Of a stretch of DNA of 64,000 nucleotides, positions 28,643 to 37,327 are shown piece after piece. Below the pieces are notes generated by a model. That model had not been told where the DNA came from and searched no databases. It saw nothing but the letters and a program-made list of their open reading frames with translations. The DNA is taken from NCBI GenBank assembly GCA_035623825.1, contig DASPSR010000011.1:1791-65790 (forward strand). Reading direction: 5' to 3'. Numbering within the stretch: the first letter of the stretch is position 1; every line of letters begins with the position of its first letter. Source of the stretch: Nitrospirota bacterium (lineage in GTDB: Bacteria; Nitrospirota; UBA9217). Made by a program: the position numbers and the translations under genes.

Positions 28643-28703
28643 ATCACGCCCCTGCCGTTTTCCCAGGTAAAACGTCATTCTATTATAAAATCAGGGAGGA
28701 CCC

Positions 28704-29072
28704 ATGGAAAACAAGGAATTCGTATTTGTCATTACTCATTCATATGACGCCATAGAGCGGGCTGCCGCGGCTTTGCAGCTTGCAACTAATATGGCTGCTT
28801 TCGATGCAAAGATCGATTTTTTCCTGATTAATGAAGGTGTGTACCTAGCCAAGAAAGGCTTTGCCGAGTCAGTCACGTGGCAAAAAGGTTTCTCTCCCGT
28901 TGCAGACCTTATGAAAAGCCTGGTAGATGATTTTGACTGCAAATTCTACGTGTGCGCATCCTGCGTAAAGCCTTACGGGCTGGAGGGGACGGAATGGATC
29001 AAGAATGCCGAAGTCAAGCCGGGATCCTTTCTTGGCGAACTCCTTATGAAGAGGCAAAATGTGACATTCTGA
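28704..29072 (+). CDS. DsrE/DsrF-like family protein
   Basis: GGGAGGA RBS. FVFVITHS......A..AL.LA.......A.I.FFL.NEGV.L and FYVCASC pattern of the DsrE-fold family. Confidence 0.7.
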   Translation: MENKEFVFVITHSYDAIERAAAALQLATNMAAFDAKIDFFLINEGVYLAKKGFAESVTWQKGFSPVADLMKSLVDDFDCKFYVCASCVKPYGLEGTEWIKNAEVKPGSFLGELLMKRQNVTF

Positions 29073-29097
29073 AAGACTGAAAATACCTCATGAAAAA

Positions 29098-29124
29098 CAG
29101 ACCGTTTCTCGGTCTGTTTTTTTT
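29098..29124 (+). terminator. Intrinsic terminator
   Basis: CAGACC-gtttctc-GGTCTG followed by TTTTTTTT. Confidence 0.75.
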
Positions 29125-29218
29125 CGTTCTGTTCGTTTCCCCTCAACTCAGAATTTTACGTTGACAAATCCATAAAAACATAATAATCTTTGCATATATT
29201 ATCTGGAGGACGTCGCTT

Positions 29219-29560
29219 TTGCTCCCTGTTGAAAGTCGGCTTGAACTTCTCAAAGTAATCGCTCATCCCATCCGCATCAAGATACTCGAAGATCTGACCA
29301 AGGGCGTCAAATGCGTGAGCGACTTCGAGGAGGCTTTCGACATTAGCCAGCCAAACGTGTCTCAGCACTTGAAACTCCTTCGCTCGCACCATGTCGTCGA
29401 CTACTTTGTCGACGGAAGGCTCAAATGCTATTTCCTGAAGGAGCCGTTTATTCCTGATCTACTCGAACTTCTGAAGAAAGAATATAAAAGAGATATCCCG
29501 GCGCCGGCATGCTGCCCGGTAACAAAAAAAGGGACCTATCCTGGCGAAAGGAGACGTTAG
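29219..29560 (+). CDS. ArsR/SmtB-family transcriptional regulator (BigR/SqrR-like cysteine pattern)
   Basis: TTG start behind GGAGGA. LKVIAHPIRIKILEDL....KCVSDF......SQPNVSQHLKLLR wHTH. One Cys in helix 2 and a CC pair near the C-terminus. Confidence 0.8.
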   Translation: MLPVESRLELLKVIAHPIRIKILEDLTKGVKCVSDFEEAFDISQPNVSQHLKLLRSHHVVDYFVDGRLKCYFLKEPFIPDLLELLKKEYKRDIPAPACCPVTKKGTYPGERRR

Positions 29561-29659
29561 TAAATATGACTCGTTTTTCCCGGGGCGATCGCCGGAACGG
29601 CCGGAAAGATAGTATGTAAAAGCGGTGGTAGAGACGTCTGGTTATATGAGGAGGTTGCC

Positions 29660-30016
29660 ATGCCGAAAACTGTTACTCTGTATCTATCAACGTCGCCATA
29701 CTCCTACGAGAATACGCTTACGGCCGCCCGGATGGCAGAATCGGCCTTGAACAAAGGCCATCCCGTCAATCTCATCGCCTCGGCTGACGGAGTATACTGT
29801 TTCCTCACCAAGCAGAAAGCAAAAGGCATTCTAAATGCTGAGGAGGAATTCAGCCGCCTCATACAAAAGGGGCTGAAGGTGTATCTCTGAGGCGGGTGCC
29901 TCAACTTTCGCCGTGCGGCGAAGGAAGATTATCTTGCAGGAACGGAAGTCGGCTCTCTGAAGGGACTTTTCGAAACCATGGCTGAGACCGACGTGTGGGT
30001 CAATATCGGGGCATGA
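29660..30016 (+). CDS. DsrE/TusD-like sulfur-carrier subunit, probable selenoprotein
   Basis: Track ORF 29660-29890 ends ...GLKVYL-TGA(29888-29890). The frame stays open to TGA 30014-30016 (GGCLNFRRAAKEDYL...SLKGLFETMAETDVWVNIGA). The whole aligns to TusD/DsrE with the TGA at the active-site Cys (..LNICVAAALRRG..). 8-bp hairpin with GUGC loop at 29905-29924. Confidence 0.7.
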
Positions 30017-30028
30017 GAGGAGAAAAAT

Positions 30029-30382
30029 ATGGGAAGCGTTGCGATGATTCTGAAGCGATCTCCCTATGGCGACATCAATGCTGCCGAGGCCGTTCGGCAT
30101 GCGCTCGGCGCCATGTCTTTCGAGATGAACGTTGATCTGATCCTGGTGGACGGAGGCGTGCTGCTTGCGAAGAAGGGACAGGATGACAAAGGGACAGGAT
30201 TCACCAATCTTGAAGGCGCTCTCAAGGACTGCATCGATATGGGCGTAGCAGTCTACGCGGACGTTGCATCACTTAAAGCGCAAGGCGTTCCGGCAAATGA
30301 CCTGGCGGGAAACGTGAAGCTGGTCGGCGCGAAAGAGATCGCCGGGCTCATGAAAAAAGCAAAATCGACGATGATATTCTGA
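30029..30382 (+). CDS. DsrF/TusC-like subunit
   Basis: ILKRSPYG......A.R.ALGA......V.L.LV.DGV.L pattern. 117 aa. 12 nt after the preceding stop. Confidence 0.7.
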   Translation: MGSVAMILKRSPYGDINAAEAVRHALGAMSFEMNVDLILVDGGVLLAKKGQDDKGTGFTNLEGALKDCIDMGVAVYADVASLKAQGVPANDLAGNVKLVGAKEIAGLMKKAKSTMIF

Positions 30383-30392
30383 GGAGGCTCAT

Positions 30393-30674
30393 ATGATCGT
30401 GATGATAAAAAGCGGGCCGGACACGACAGACGGGGCGAGCGGTGTGACATTAGCAAAGGTGGGAGGGGCAGATATTGTGCTGTTGCAGAACGGGGTCTAT
30501 TTCGCGCGGAAAGATCGGCTCGGGCCGTTTGCAGGCGCGGTGTATGTCCTTGACGACGACAAGCGGCTCCGGGGTCTCAAGGATTCGGAGATGGACGCCC
30601 GCGTAAAAACCATCGACTACGACAAGCTGACCGATATTATTACAGGAGGCGAAAACGTGGTTGGAATGTTCTAA
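30393..30674 (+). CDS. DsrH/TusB-like subunit
   Basis: 93 aa. ...D.VLLQNGVYFA.....L......VYVL..D...RGL pattern of TusB/DsrH. Confidence 0.65.
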   Translation: MIVMIKSGPDTTDGASGVTLAKVGGADIVLLQNGVYFARKDRLGPFAGAVYVLDDDKRLRGLKDSEMDARVKTIDYDKLTDIITGGENVVGMF

Positions 30675-30700
30675 ACCGGCAGTAGAAGGGGGTGCATGCC

Positions 30701-31891
30701 ATGTCAAGGATCGTTGTGTTGGGGGGATCGTTTGGGGGGCTTACAGCGGCTCTTGAGCTGAAACGGCTGCTGGGCAAGAAAACTGACGTGACCTTGGCAA
30801 GCGACGACGATCGGTTCGTGTTCCTGCCGTCGCTGCCGTGGATTATTATGGGCTGGAGAAAGCCCGCGGACATCACGCTCAAGGTGAGCGAGATCCTGAA
30901 ACCGAAGGGGATCGAGTTTGTCCATGATACCGCACAGCAGATCGATGCTGATGCTTCCAAGGTAATCACTTCCAAGGGGAAAGAGCTTCCCTATGATTAT
31001 CTCGTGATTTCAACGGGACCCTATCTCGCCTTCGATGAAATTCCAGGTCTCGGACCCGACAAAGGATACACAGCCTGCACTTTCACCCTTGATCACGCGA
31101 TGAAGACCCAAGAAGCATGGAAAAAGGTCTTGGAAGACCCCGGCCCAATCGTGCTCGGTTCGTCTCAGATGGTGAGCTGCTTCGGCCCATCCTATGAGCT
31201 GGCTTTCGAAATGGATGCGGAACTGAGGCGGCGCAAGATGCGGCACAAGGTCCCGATCACCTATCTCACGTCGGAGCCTTTTCTGGGGCACATGGGCGTC
31301 GGAGGGCTCGGCAACTCGAAAATCTTTATCGAATACGAATTCGCCGAACGGGACATCAAGCCAATGGTGAGCCAGGCCATCCAGGAAGTTGCTCCTGGGG
31401 AGATCCGCCTGAAAGACGGGAATAAAATGCCGTTCAAGCTCGCCATGATAGCTCCACCGTTCAAAGGGGTGCCTGCCGTCATGCCGCTCGGCAATCCCCG
31501 TGGATTCATTCCAGTGGACAAGAACTACCGCCATACGAAACATAGAAATATCTTCGCCGTAGGCGTGGCTATGGCAATAGCTCCGCCAGAGGCGACACCG
31601 GTACCCACGGGCGTCCCGAAAACGGGATTTATGACCGTAAAAATGGCGAAGACCGCGGCCGCCACGATCGCCTCGGATGTTACCGGGGGGGCTGCAAAGC
31701 CGGGTGGCGAACTCGGCGTGGTCTGCCTCATGGACATGGGGAAAACCGCCGCGCTAATGAAGGCATATCCTGTTCTTCCGCCGAGGCAGAGCACCTATAT
31801 GAAGAAGGCGATCTGGGCGAAGTGGATGAAGGTTCGATTCGAGAAATATTTTCTCTGGAAGATGAAAATGGGGCTCAGCAATCTGCCGTGA
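30701..31891 (+). CDS. Sulfide:quinone oxidoreductase-like FAD-dependent disulfide reductase
   Basis: ATG 30701 behind GAAGGGGG. IVVLGGSFGGLTAALELKR dinucleotide fold. Cys motifs MVSCFGPSYELAFE and VVCLMDMGKTAA sit at the positions of the SQR redox cysteines (from memory). Confidence 0.75.
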   Translation: MSRIVVLGGSFGGLTAALELKRLLGKKTDVTLASDDDRFVFLPSLPWIIMGWRKPADITLKVSEILKPKGIEFVHDTAQQIDADASKVITSKGKELPYDYLVISTGPYLAFDEIPGLGPDKGYTACTFTLDHAMKTQEAWKKVLEDPGPIVLGSSQMVSCFGPSYELAFEMDAELRRRKMRHKVPITYLTSEPFLGHMGVGGLGNSKIFIEYEFAERDIKPMVSQAIQEVAPGEIRLKDGNKMPFKLAMIAPPFKGVPAVMPLGNPRGFIPVDKNYRHTKHRNIFAVGVAMAIAPPEATPVPTGVPKTGFMTVKMAKTAAATIASDVTGGAAKPGGELGVVCLMDMGKTAALMKAYPVLPPRQSTYMKKAIWAKWMKVRFEKYFLWKMKMGLSNLP

Positions 31892-32388
31892 GAAAAGAAA
31901 TATCGGGCACAATGCGTTTCACGTTCTGGACCGCCTCGTGCTGATGCCGATAGAGATCAATCCGCGATCCTGATTATTGAAATTCCTCGTATTCTCGCAA
32001 ACCGGCACTGCGAGTGCCCATGATGGTGATTATCACCTTCCTGCTCATCAGCCTTGTGTTCAGTAACGTCAGCCAGCGATACAGGGGCCCGCTGATGATT
32101 ATGCAAAAAGGCAAGTATAAAAGTCCATGCCAGCGTTGACCTGTGCAGTGCTATGAGGAGTGGCGATCTGGGACAACGCGACATACATGGAGCAGATCGG
32201 GATCTGTAAGTATGATCACCGTGACAAGCCCTGCTACATGCTGCTTTCATCAGATCATCGGATGTCACTGGTTTAAAAAAGACGCCCAACAGACAGATGA
32301 GTGGAGAAAAGGATGGATATATCAGCTGCTCGTCTGTCGCTGAGCGCCGTTTTGATCATTACGTTTTTTCAATAAGTTTAAAGCAAAA

Positions 32389-32414
32389 GGCCCGTCACGA
32401 GGGACGGGCCTTTT
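32389..32414. terminator. Bidirectional intrinsic terminator
   Basis: GGCCCGTC-loop-GACGGGCC flanked by AAAA (5') and TTTT (3'). It ends both the + sulfur operon region and the - gene 32476-32691. Confidence 0.7.
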
Positions 32415-32475
32415 GTGATGCAGAGTATATATGACTTTTCCCGCTCTTTATTATGAAATGGCGGTATAGTTCATA

Positions 32476-32691
32476 TTACTTCGTTGCTGGAGCAGCTGTT
32501 GGTGCGGCCGCTTCTTTCTTGTGTGTCTTGACATGCTTTGCTTTCTTCGTGTTGTGTGACTTTGCCGGAGCTTTCTCCGCAGTTTTTGCAGGAGCAGTGC
32601 CTGATGCTGTCGGAGTCTTCTCCTCCGCGAACGCGGTGCCCAGTGTCAGGGCAAACGCAATCGCCATGAAAAGGGCGACGATCTTCTTCAT
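32476..32691 (-). CDS. Small secreted Lys/Ala/Pro-rich protein
   Basis: GGGAGG RBS. Signal peptide MKKIVALFMAIAFALTLGTAFA. Low-complexity basic tail. Confidence 0.5.
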   Translation of the reverse strand: MKKIVALFMAIAFALTLGTAFAEEKTPTASGTAPAKTAEKAPAKSHNTKKAKHVKTHKKEAAAPTAAPATK

Positions 32692-33057
32692 ACTGTCTTC
32701 ACCTCCCTTCCGATGCTACATTGACTTTACACTGTACCCATTATCATTTAGCTATACATATAGTAGACACGGCACTTAGAGGAAAGTTTAATACCATGAA
32801 GTTAAAGGGCGGTCTGGTGGTGCTCAATGCCCTGACACTCACTCTTATTGTTGTGCTCGTGACATATGATGGATCTCGGATGAAATGAATGCTTTTGACT
32901 CGAAGATGTGCTGATGCATCCTGCCTGAACTGCGCATCAGTTGCAGCCTTTGGGCATTTCATGTTTCGCGTCGAATGAGTCAGTAGAACAAAATCACTCA
33001 TCAACAATCGTCTAATGGGGTCTTTACACACATTTTGCAATATGCTATAAACAGCAC

Positions 33058-34491
33058 ATGAACAAGAGAAGACCACATAAGTCTGGTCCCGATTGCGAGT
33101 CCCCATCATTAAAATTGCCGCCGGAGGGCGAGGAGAAACTCTCTGCAGTTCTTAAATATTCCCCCTCTATTATTATAACAGTGGACAGGCAAATGCGAAT
33201 TCAGTCCATTAATAGAGCGCGCGCTGGGCTAACCGTTGAGGGTGTCTTGGGGACATCATGCCTGGATTATGTGCCCCCTGAACAGCGCGTCATATTGGAG
33301 TCCAACATTAAAAGGGTATTTGAAACCGGAGAATCTTTTTCCTACGAAATGCAAGGACAGGGGGATAATAACATTCTTGCCTGGTATTCCACCCACGTGT
33401 CTCTTCTGAATAAGGGGAGAGACAATGAGCAGGTAATGCTTATCACTGAGGACATCACCGAGAGAAAACGGGCAGAGGATTACTTGCGAAAAAGCGAGAG
33501 CTATTTCAGAGACCTCATTGACTGTGCGGGAGACGCCATTTACATTGTGAACCTCACCGACGGCCGGATTCTGGACTGCAACCGGTCGGCTTGTCTCGCT
33601 CTTGGTTACAGTAGGGACGAGATACTGCAGCTATCAACATTTGACATTGAAGCCGAACTTCCCGCTGATGCAGTCGAATCTGTGCATGCTACTATGCGCC
33701 CTGGGGTAATGACGCATGTTCAGGGAATGCACCGGAGGAAGGATGGTTCGATATTCCCCGTGGACATAAACCTTACTATTATGGGTGGGCCGGAATCAAG
33801 TCTTGCCGTTTCTGTAGTGCGTGACATCACGGAACTGAAACGCCTCGAGGAGGAACGCATTAGACAGAGGAGTGAGGAACGTTCGATGACCAACTTACTC
33901 ATGGACATTCATGACGGCATTGGCGGCATAACCTCGAACATCGCCTTGATTGCCGATTTGGCGCTAAAACTACCCCTGCAGGAAGACCTCAAAAAGAAGG
34001 TGGCGGCAATCTCGCAACTGGCACACGACGGGATACTGGAGGTCCGCAGCCTCATGTACGGTCTCGACAGGGATGATCTGCACTGGAAGTCGATCGTCGG
34101 GGCGCTGAAAGAGCAGGGAGAAAAACTGCTTGCCCCCCACCAGATCGCGTTTACCATGACCGCGGACTATGAGGATGACATTCCGGATCCGAGCAGCCAT
34201 GTATGCCTGCAGTTGTTCAGAATATACCGGGAGGCGATCGTGAATGTCATTAAGCACGCTAGAGCTACAAAGGTCGCGGTGAGTTTTCGCTTGGGTCGTG
34301 ACCGCCTTGTTCTTGAGGTCCGGGACGATGGTCGAGGCATCGTGGAGAGCGCACTCGCTGTTAGTGGCCGGGGAATCAGCAACATGATAAAACGTGCTGA
34401 GGCATTAAGTGGCAAGACGACGATCAAAAGAAATGGTGGCACGTGTGTAACTGTGGAGATGCCCCTTGCTTTGAAACCGCCACCAGACTAG
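33058..34491 (+). CDS. PAS-domain sensor histidine kinase (HisKA_3/NarL-partner type)
   Basis: Two PAS-like segments (..ITERKRAE linker..). H-box LLMDIHDGIGG. HATPase N/G boxes (EAIVNVIKHA, VRDDGRGI, GRGISNM). Confidence 0.85.
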   Translation: MNKRRPHKSGPDCESPSLKLPPEGEEKLSAVLKYSPSIIITVDRQMRIQSINRARAGLTVEGVLGTSCLDYVPPEQRVILESNIKRVFETGESFSYEMQGQGDNNILAWYSTHVSLLNKGRDNEQVMLITEDITERKRAEDYLRKSESYFRDLIDCAGDAIYIVNLTDGRILDCNRSACLALGYSRDEILQLSTFDIEAELPADAVESVHATMRPGVMTHVQGMHRRKDGSIFPVDINLTIMGGPESSLAVSVVRDITELKRLEEERIRQRSEERSMTNLLMDIHDGIGGITSNIALIADLALKLPLQEDLKKKVAAISQLAHDGILEVRSLMYGLDRDDLHWKSIVGALKEQGEKLLAPHQIAFTMTADYEDDIPDPSSHVCLQLFRIYREAIVNVIKHARATKVAVSFRLGRDRLVLEVRDDGRGIVESALAVSGRGISNMIKRAEALSGKTTIKRNGGTCVTVEMPLALKPPPD

Positions 34492-34675
34492 CTCTTGTCG
34501 ATTGTATGCTTCCAAGGTAAGAGAGGGCAGGAGAGTTCCCTTCTGGAGCTATTGCTTCTCCTCATTGTCGTTCGTTATCGAATCCTTCCCGTATCACGTG
34601 TCTTGTCAATCGGGTCTATAATTGCCAACCTGCTCTTTTGTTGCATATTATACAACAATGTTGTATAATAAAAGC

Positions 34676-35062
34676 ATGAGTATTTCGGTAAAAAAAATAG
34701 GCGGGCGGCGGTACGCGTACACGGCATACCGAAACGGCAAAAAAGTGATTCAAAGATATATGGGCCCCATAAATGCCCCAGATGTAATCGCCCAAATGGC
34801 AGAGATTGAAAGGGCTAAATCAGTGCCTTCGCGATTATTTAGGTTTTTTTGGGATGTTGATCCTAAGACCCTCAATGTGAGCCGGCACAGTCGTTTTATT
34901 ATCGAACGGATCCTCGATGTAGGCGATCTGGATGCATTTTGGTGGGCGCAGAAGCAATATCCGACTGCATTGTTAATTGAGGTCAGCCTTACGAGCCGCA
35001 GGTTATCAGAGCGATCCAAACAATTTTGGAAAATATGGTTTCGGGGGAAATATGTATCTTAA
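34676..35062 (+). CDS. Putative antitoxin partner of the AbiEii-like nucleotidyltransferase
   Basis: ATG 34676. The C-terminal FFWDVD...L......FIIERILD.GD.DAF.W pattern is commonly found upstream of AbiEii-like genes. Overlaps the next gene by 11 nt. Confidence 0.5.
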   Translation: MSISVKKIGGRRYAYTAYRNGKKVIQRYMGPINAPDVIAQMAEIERAKSVPSRLFRFFWDVDPKTLNVSRHSRFIIERILDVGDLDAFWWAQKQYPTALLIEVSLTSRRLSERSKQFWKIWFRGKYVS

Positions 35063-35702
35063 ATGTCTCTCTCCGTCCGCGCGCAATGTCCTGAAAGTCA
35101 TTGCCCCGGTTGTCGACGAGAAAGGATTTGTACTGGCTGGAGGCACGGCGATTGCCCTGTTTCTTGGCCATCGGTTGTCCGTGGATTTTGATTTTTTCAC
35201 GACGCGGAACTTTAGACCGGACAGACTGCATCTGGCGATCTCTGGGTTAGGCTTGGAAACGATGGTTCTCCAAGAAGAGCCCGGGACGCTTACGTTATCG
35301 GCAGACGGCGTCAAGGTATCTTTTTTTCACTATCCCTATGCTTTCTTAGACGTCACGTCAAAGCTCTATGGAGTTAAAGTCGCCGGACTCGTTGATATTG
35401 CATCCATGAAGCTTATGGCAATGATGCAAAGGGGTGCAAAGAGAGACTATGTTGATCTCTATTGGATTCTCCAAAATATGCCATTCTCGAAGATTGCCGA
35501 AAACATGGTTAAACGATATGGTTCAAACCGAGTGAATCCCCTGGTGATCGGGAAGGCGCTTGTCTTTTTTCGGGATGCGGATGCAGATCCTGACCCGGAG
35601 TTTCTGGGGAAACGCGTAGCATGGGCGAAAATCAAGAAGTATTTGGTTGACCACGTTCAACAGTTTGTGTTGGATATCCAAACAGTCATTAAGAATGATT
35701 AA
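35052..35702 (+). CDS. Nucleotidyltransferase AbiEii/AbiGii-family toxin
   Basis: ATG 35052. LAGGTAIALFLGHRLSVDFDFFT and KRDYVDLYWIL motifs. Confidence 0.75.
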   Translation: MYLKCLSPSARNVLKVIAPVVDEKGFVLAGGTAIALFLGHRLSVDFDFFTTRNFRPDRLHLAISGLGLETMVLQEEPGTLTLSADGVKVSFFHYPYAFLDVTSKLYGVKVAGLVDIASMKLMAMMQRGAKRDYVDLYWILQNMPFSKIAENMVKRYGSNRVNPLVIGKALVFFRDADADPDPEFLGKRVAWAKIKKYLVDHVQQFVLDIQTVIKND

Positions 35703-36189
35703 TAATCTGGCGCGGTCTAATAAAAAAGAGATGAAACTCGGTAAGAATCTTGAGCGCATTCACCCAATCACGGCACACAGCAGATATTTGGATTGATCTC
35801 ACATCAATAGCTTATTGATGAATTTCGTTGTATCCCACATTTCGTCCTATATATTCAACAACATCTATATCCTGTCCTCGTTGTCTAAACACCTCATGTT
35901 ACATTCCGTAACGTTAGCGTTATTTTACCCTTATGAGACTCCCTAAAGCTTCACTTATTTCCTTAAAGTTATATCATGAGGCTCCGATGAGAATATTTAG
36001 AATTTCGTAGAAGTTAATTGGCCGATAGTATTTATCTATACAATTGATAATCCGAGTTTATGCGTTAGAGGAAAGAATTTTCAACGAAACTGGAAATTAC
36101 CGAGATACGGTATAACATTCTATTGCAGCCGGACTGGACACGCGTGCGTTTCAACTGATGTGATCTTGCTGCTAAAAGGAGATTTGAAA

Positions 36190-36840
36190 ATGCGAGTGCT
36201 AATATGGGCGGTCTTTCTGGCGGGTGCCTTCGCGTCACAGTATTTCACTGGGTCAGAGGGGAGAATCGCGTACCTGATCGCAGTGCTGGTCGTGATTACG
36301 CTCTTCCGCAGGCCGCTGGTGATCGGTCTTACTCGCGTCGCCTCCAAACTCGGATTTATGAAGGAAACGATCGAACAAATGCCAATGTCGATAACACTCG
36401 TCAAGGCAGCTGCAAGTGACGAAGCCGCCAAGCCTGTGGCTGCTGCGCTATCGGCGGCTGGGTTCGTCGACGCCGGTGCATGGGATATATCCGGGATGCC
36501 AAAGATCAAGCTTGCGCTGATGATCCACCCTGCTGAGAATTTCCTCGCCGCGATAGAGACAGCATCCGCAATAGGAGCGCAGCTCAACGTCCACACTCTG
36601 TACTCGAACGGTTCCACTGCGACCTTCACGAACAGCAAGCTGCCTGCACCCCCAAATGCGCAGCGATGTGGCGTGACGAGCGTGCGGATGCCGGGAGCGT
36701 CACCAAAGGCGGTTCTTTCGAGGGCCAGGGCCGAGAGGACCCGCGATGGGATCAACGCGATGACGGCGGAGGAGGCCCCGCGGGCCTATGAGAGGCTATA
36801 CGCGGAGTCTATACGCTATAGGAAGATGCAGGGCGCCTGA
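36190..36840 (+). CDS. Hypothetical membrane-anchored protein
   Basis: ATG 36190 behind AAAGGAG. Two N-terminal TM helices. GC-rich. The antisense ORF 36120-36755 is rejected. Confidence 0.45.
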   Translation: MRVLIWAVFLAGAFASQYFTGSEGRIAYLIAVLVVITLFRRPLVIGLTRVASKLGFMKETIEQMPMSITLVKAAASDEAAKPVAAALSAAGFVDAGAWDISGMPKIKLALMIHPAENFLAAIETASAIGAQLNVHTLYSNGSTATFTNSKLPAPPNAQRCGVTSVRMPGASPKAVLSRARAERTRDGINAMTAEEAPRAYERLYAESIRYRKMQGA

Positions 36841-36864
36841 AACCTAAGGCAGGCTTGGCTTATC

Positions 36865-37275
36865 TCATGTATCCTTCGATCCAGCTTGATATTGTTCGTC
36901 GCTGACCTTTTCCATCCATTCAGCGACCTTACCGTCAAGCTGTTCCTGAATGGCGATATGGGTCATGGCCGTGGTCGGCGATGCGCCGTGCCAATGCTTT
37001 TCACCGGGTGCGATCCAGACCACATCGCCCGGACGGATTTCCTCGATCGGTCCGCCCCAACGCTGCACCAGGCCGCAGCCGGCCGTTACGATCAATCTCT
37101 GGCCGAGCGGGTGGGCGTGCCATGCTGTTCGGGCGCCGGTTTCGAACGTGACACTCCCCCCGGATGCGCGTGCCGGAGAGTTTGCCTGGAAGAGAGGATC
37201 AATACGCACCGTGCCGGTAAACCAATCGGCAGGTCCTTTGCTGGAAGGTTGTGAGCCGTTTCTTTTGATGTCCAT
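36865..37275 (-). CDS. Cupin-domain protein
   Basis: [23 protein letters not shown]......G.......[14 protein letters not shown] is the cupin_2 two-motif pattern. Confidence 0.75.
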   Translation of the reverse strand: MDIKRNGSQPSSKGPADWFTGTVRIDPLFQANSPARASGGSVTFETGARTAWHAHPLGQRLIVTAGCGLVQRWGGPIEEIRPGDVVWIAPGEKHWHGASPTTAMTHIAIQEQLDGKVAEWMEKVSDEQYQAGSKDT

Positions 37276-37327
37276 ATTTTGAACTCCTTTCTCTTCGATG
37301 CCGCTTGCATTTTCATGGCCGAAGTCA

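Noticed and set aside
31957-32289. 110-aa minus ORF downstream of the SQR-like gene.
   Set aside because: No RBS and an unnatural composition. It overlaps the equally weak + CxxU candidate. Neither is annotated as a feature.
36120-36755. 211-aa minus-strand ORF.
   Set aside because: It is antisense to the + ORF 36190-36840, which has an RBS and TM helices. Long antisense ORFs are expected in GC-rich genes.
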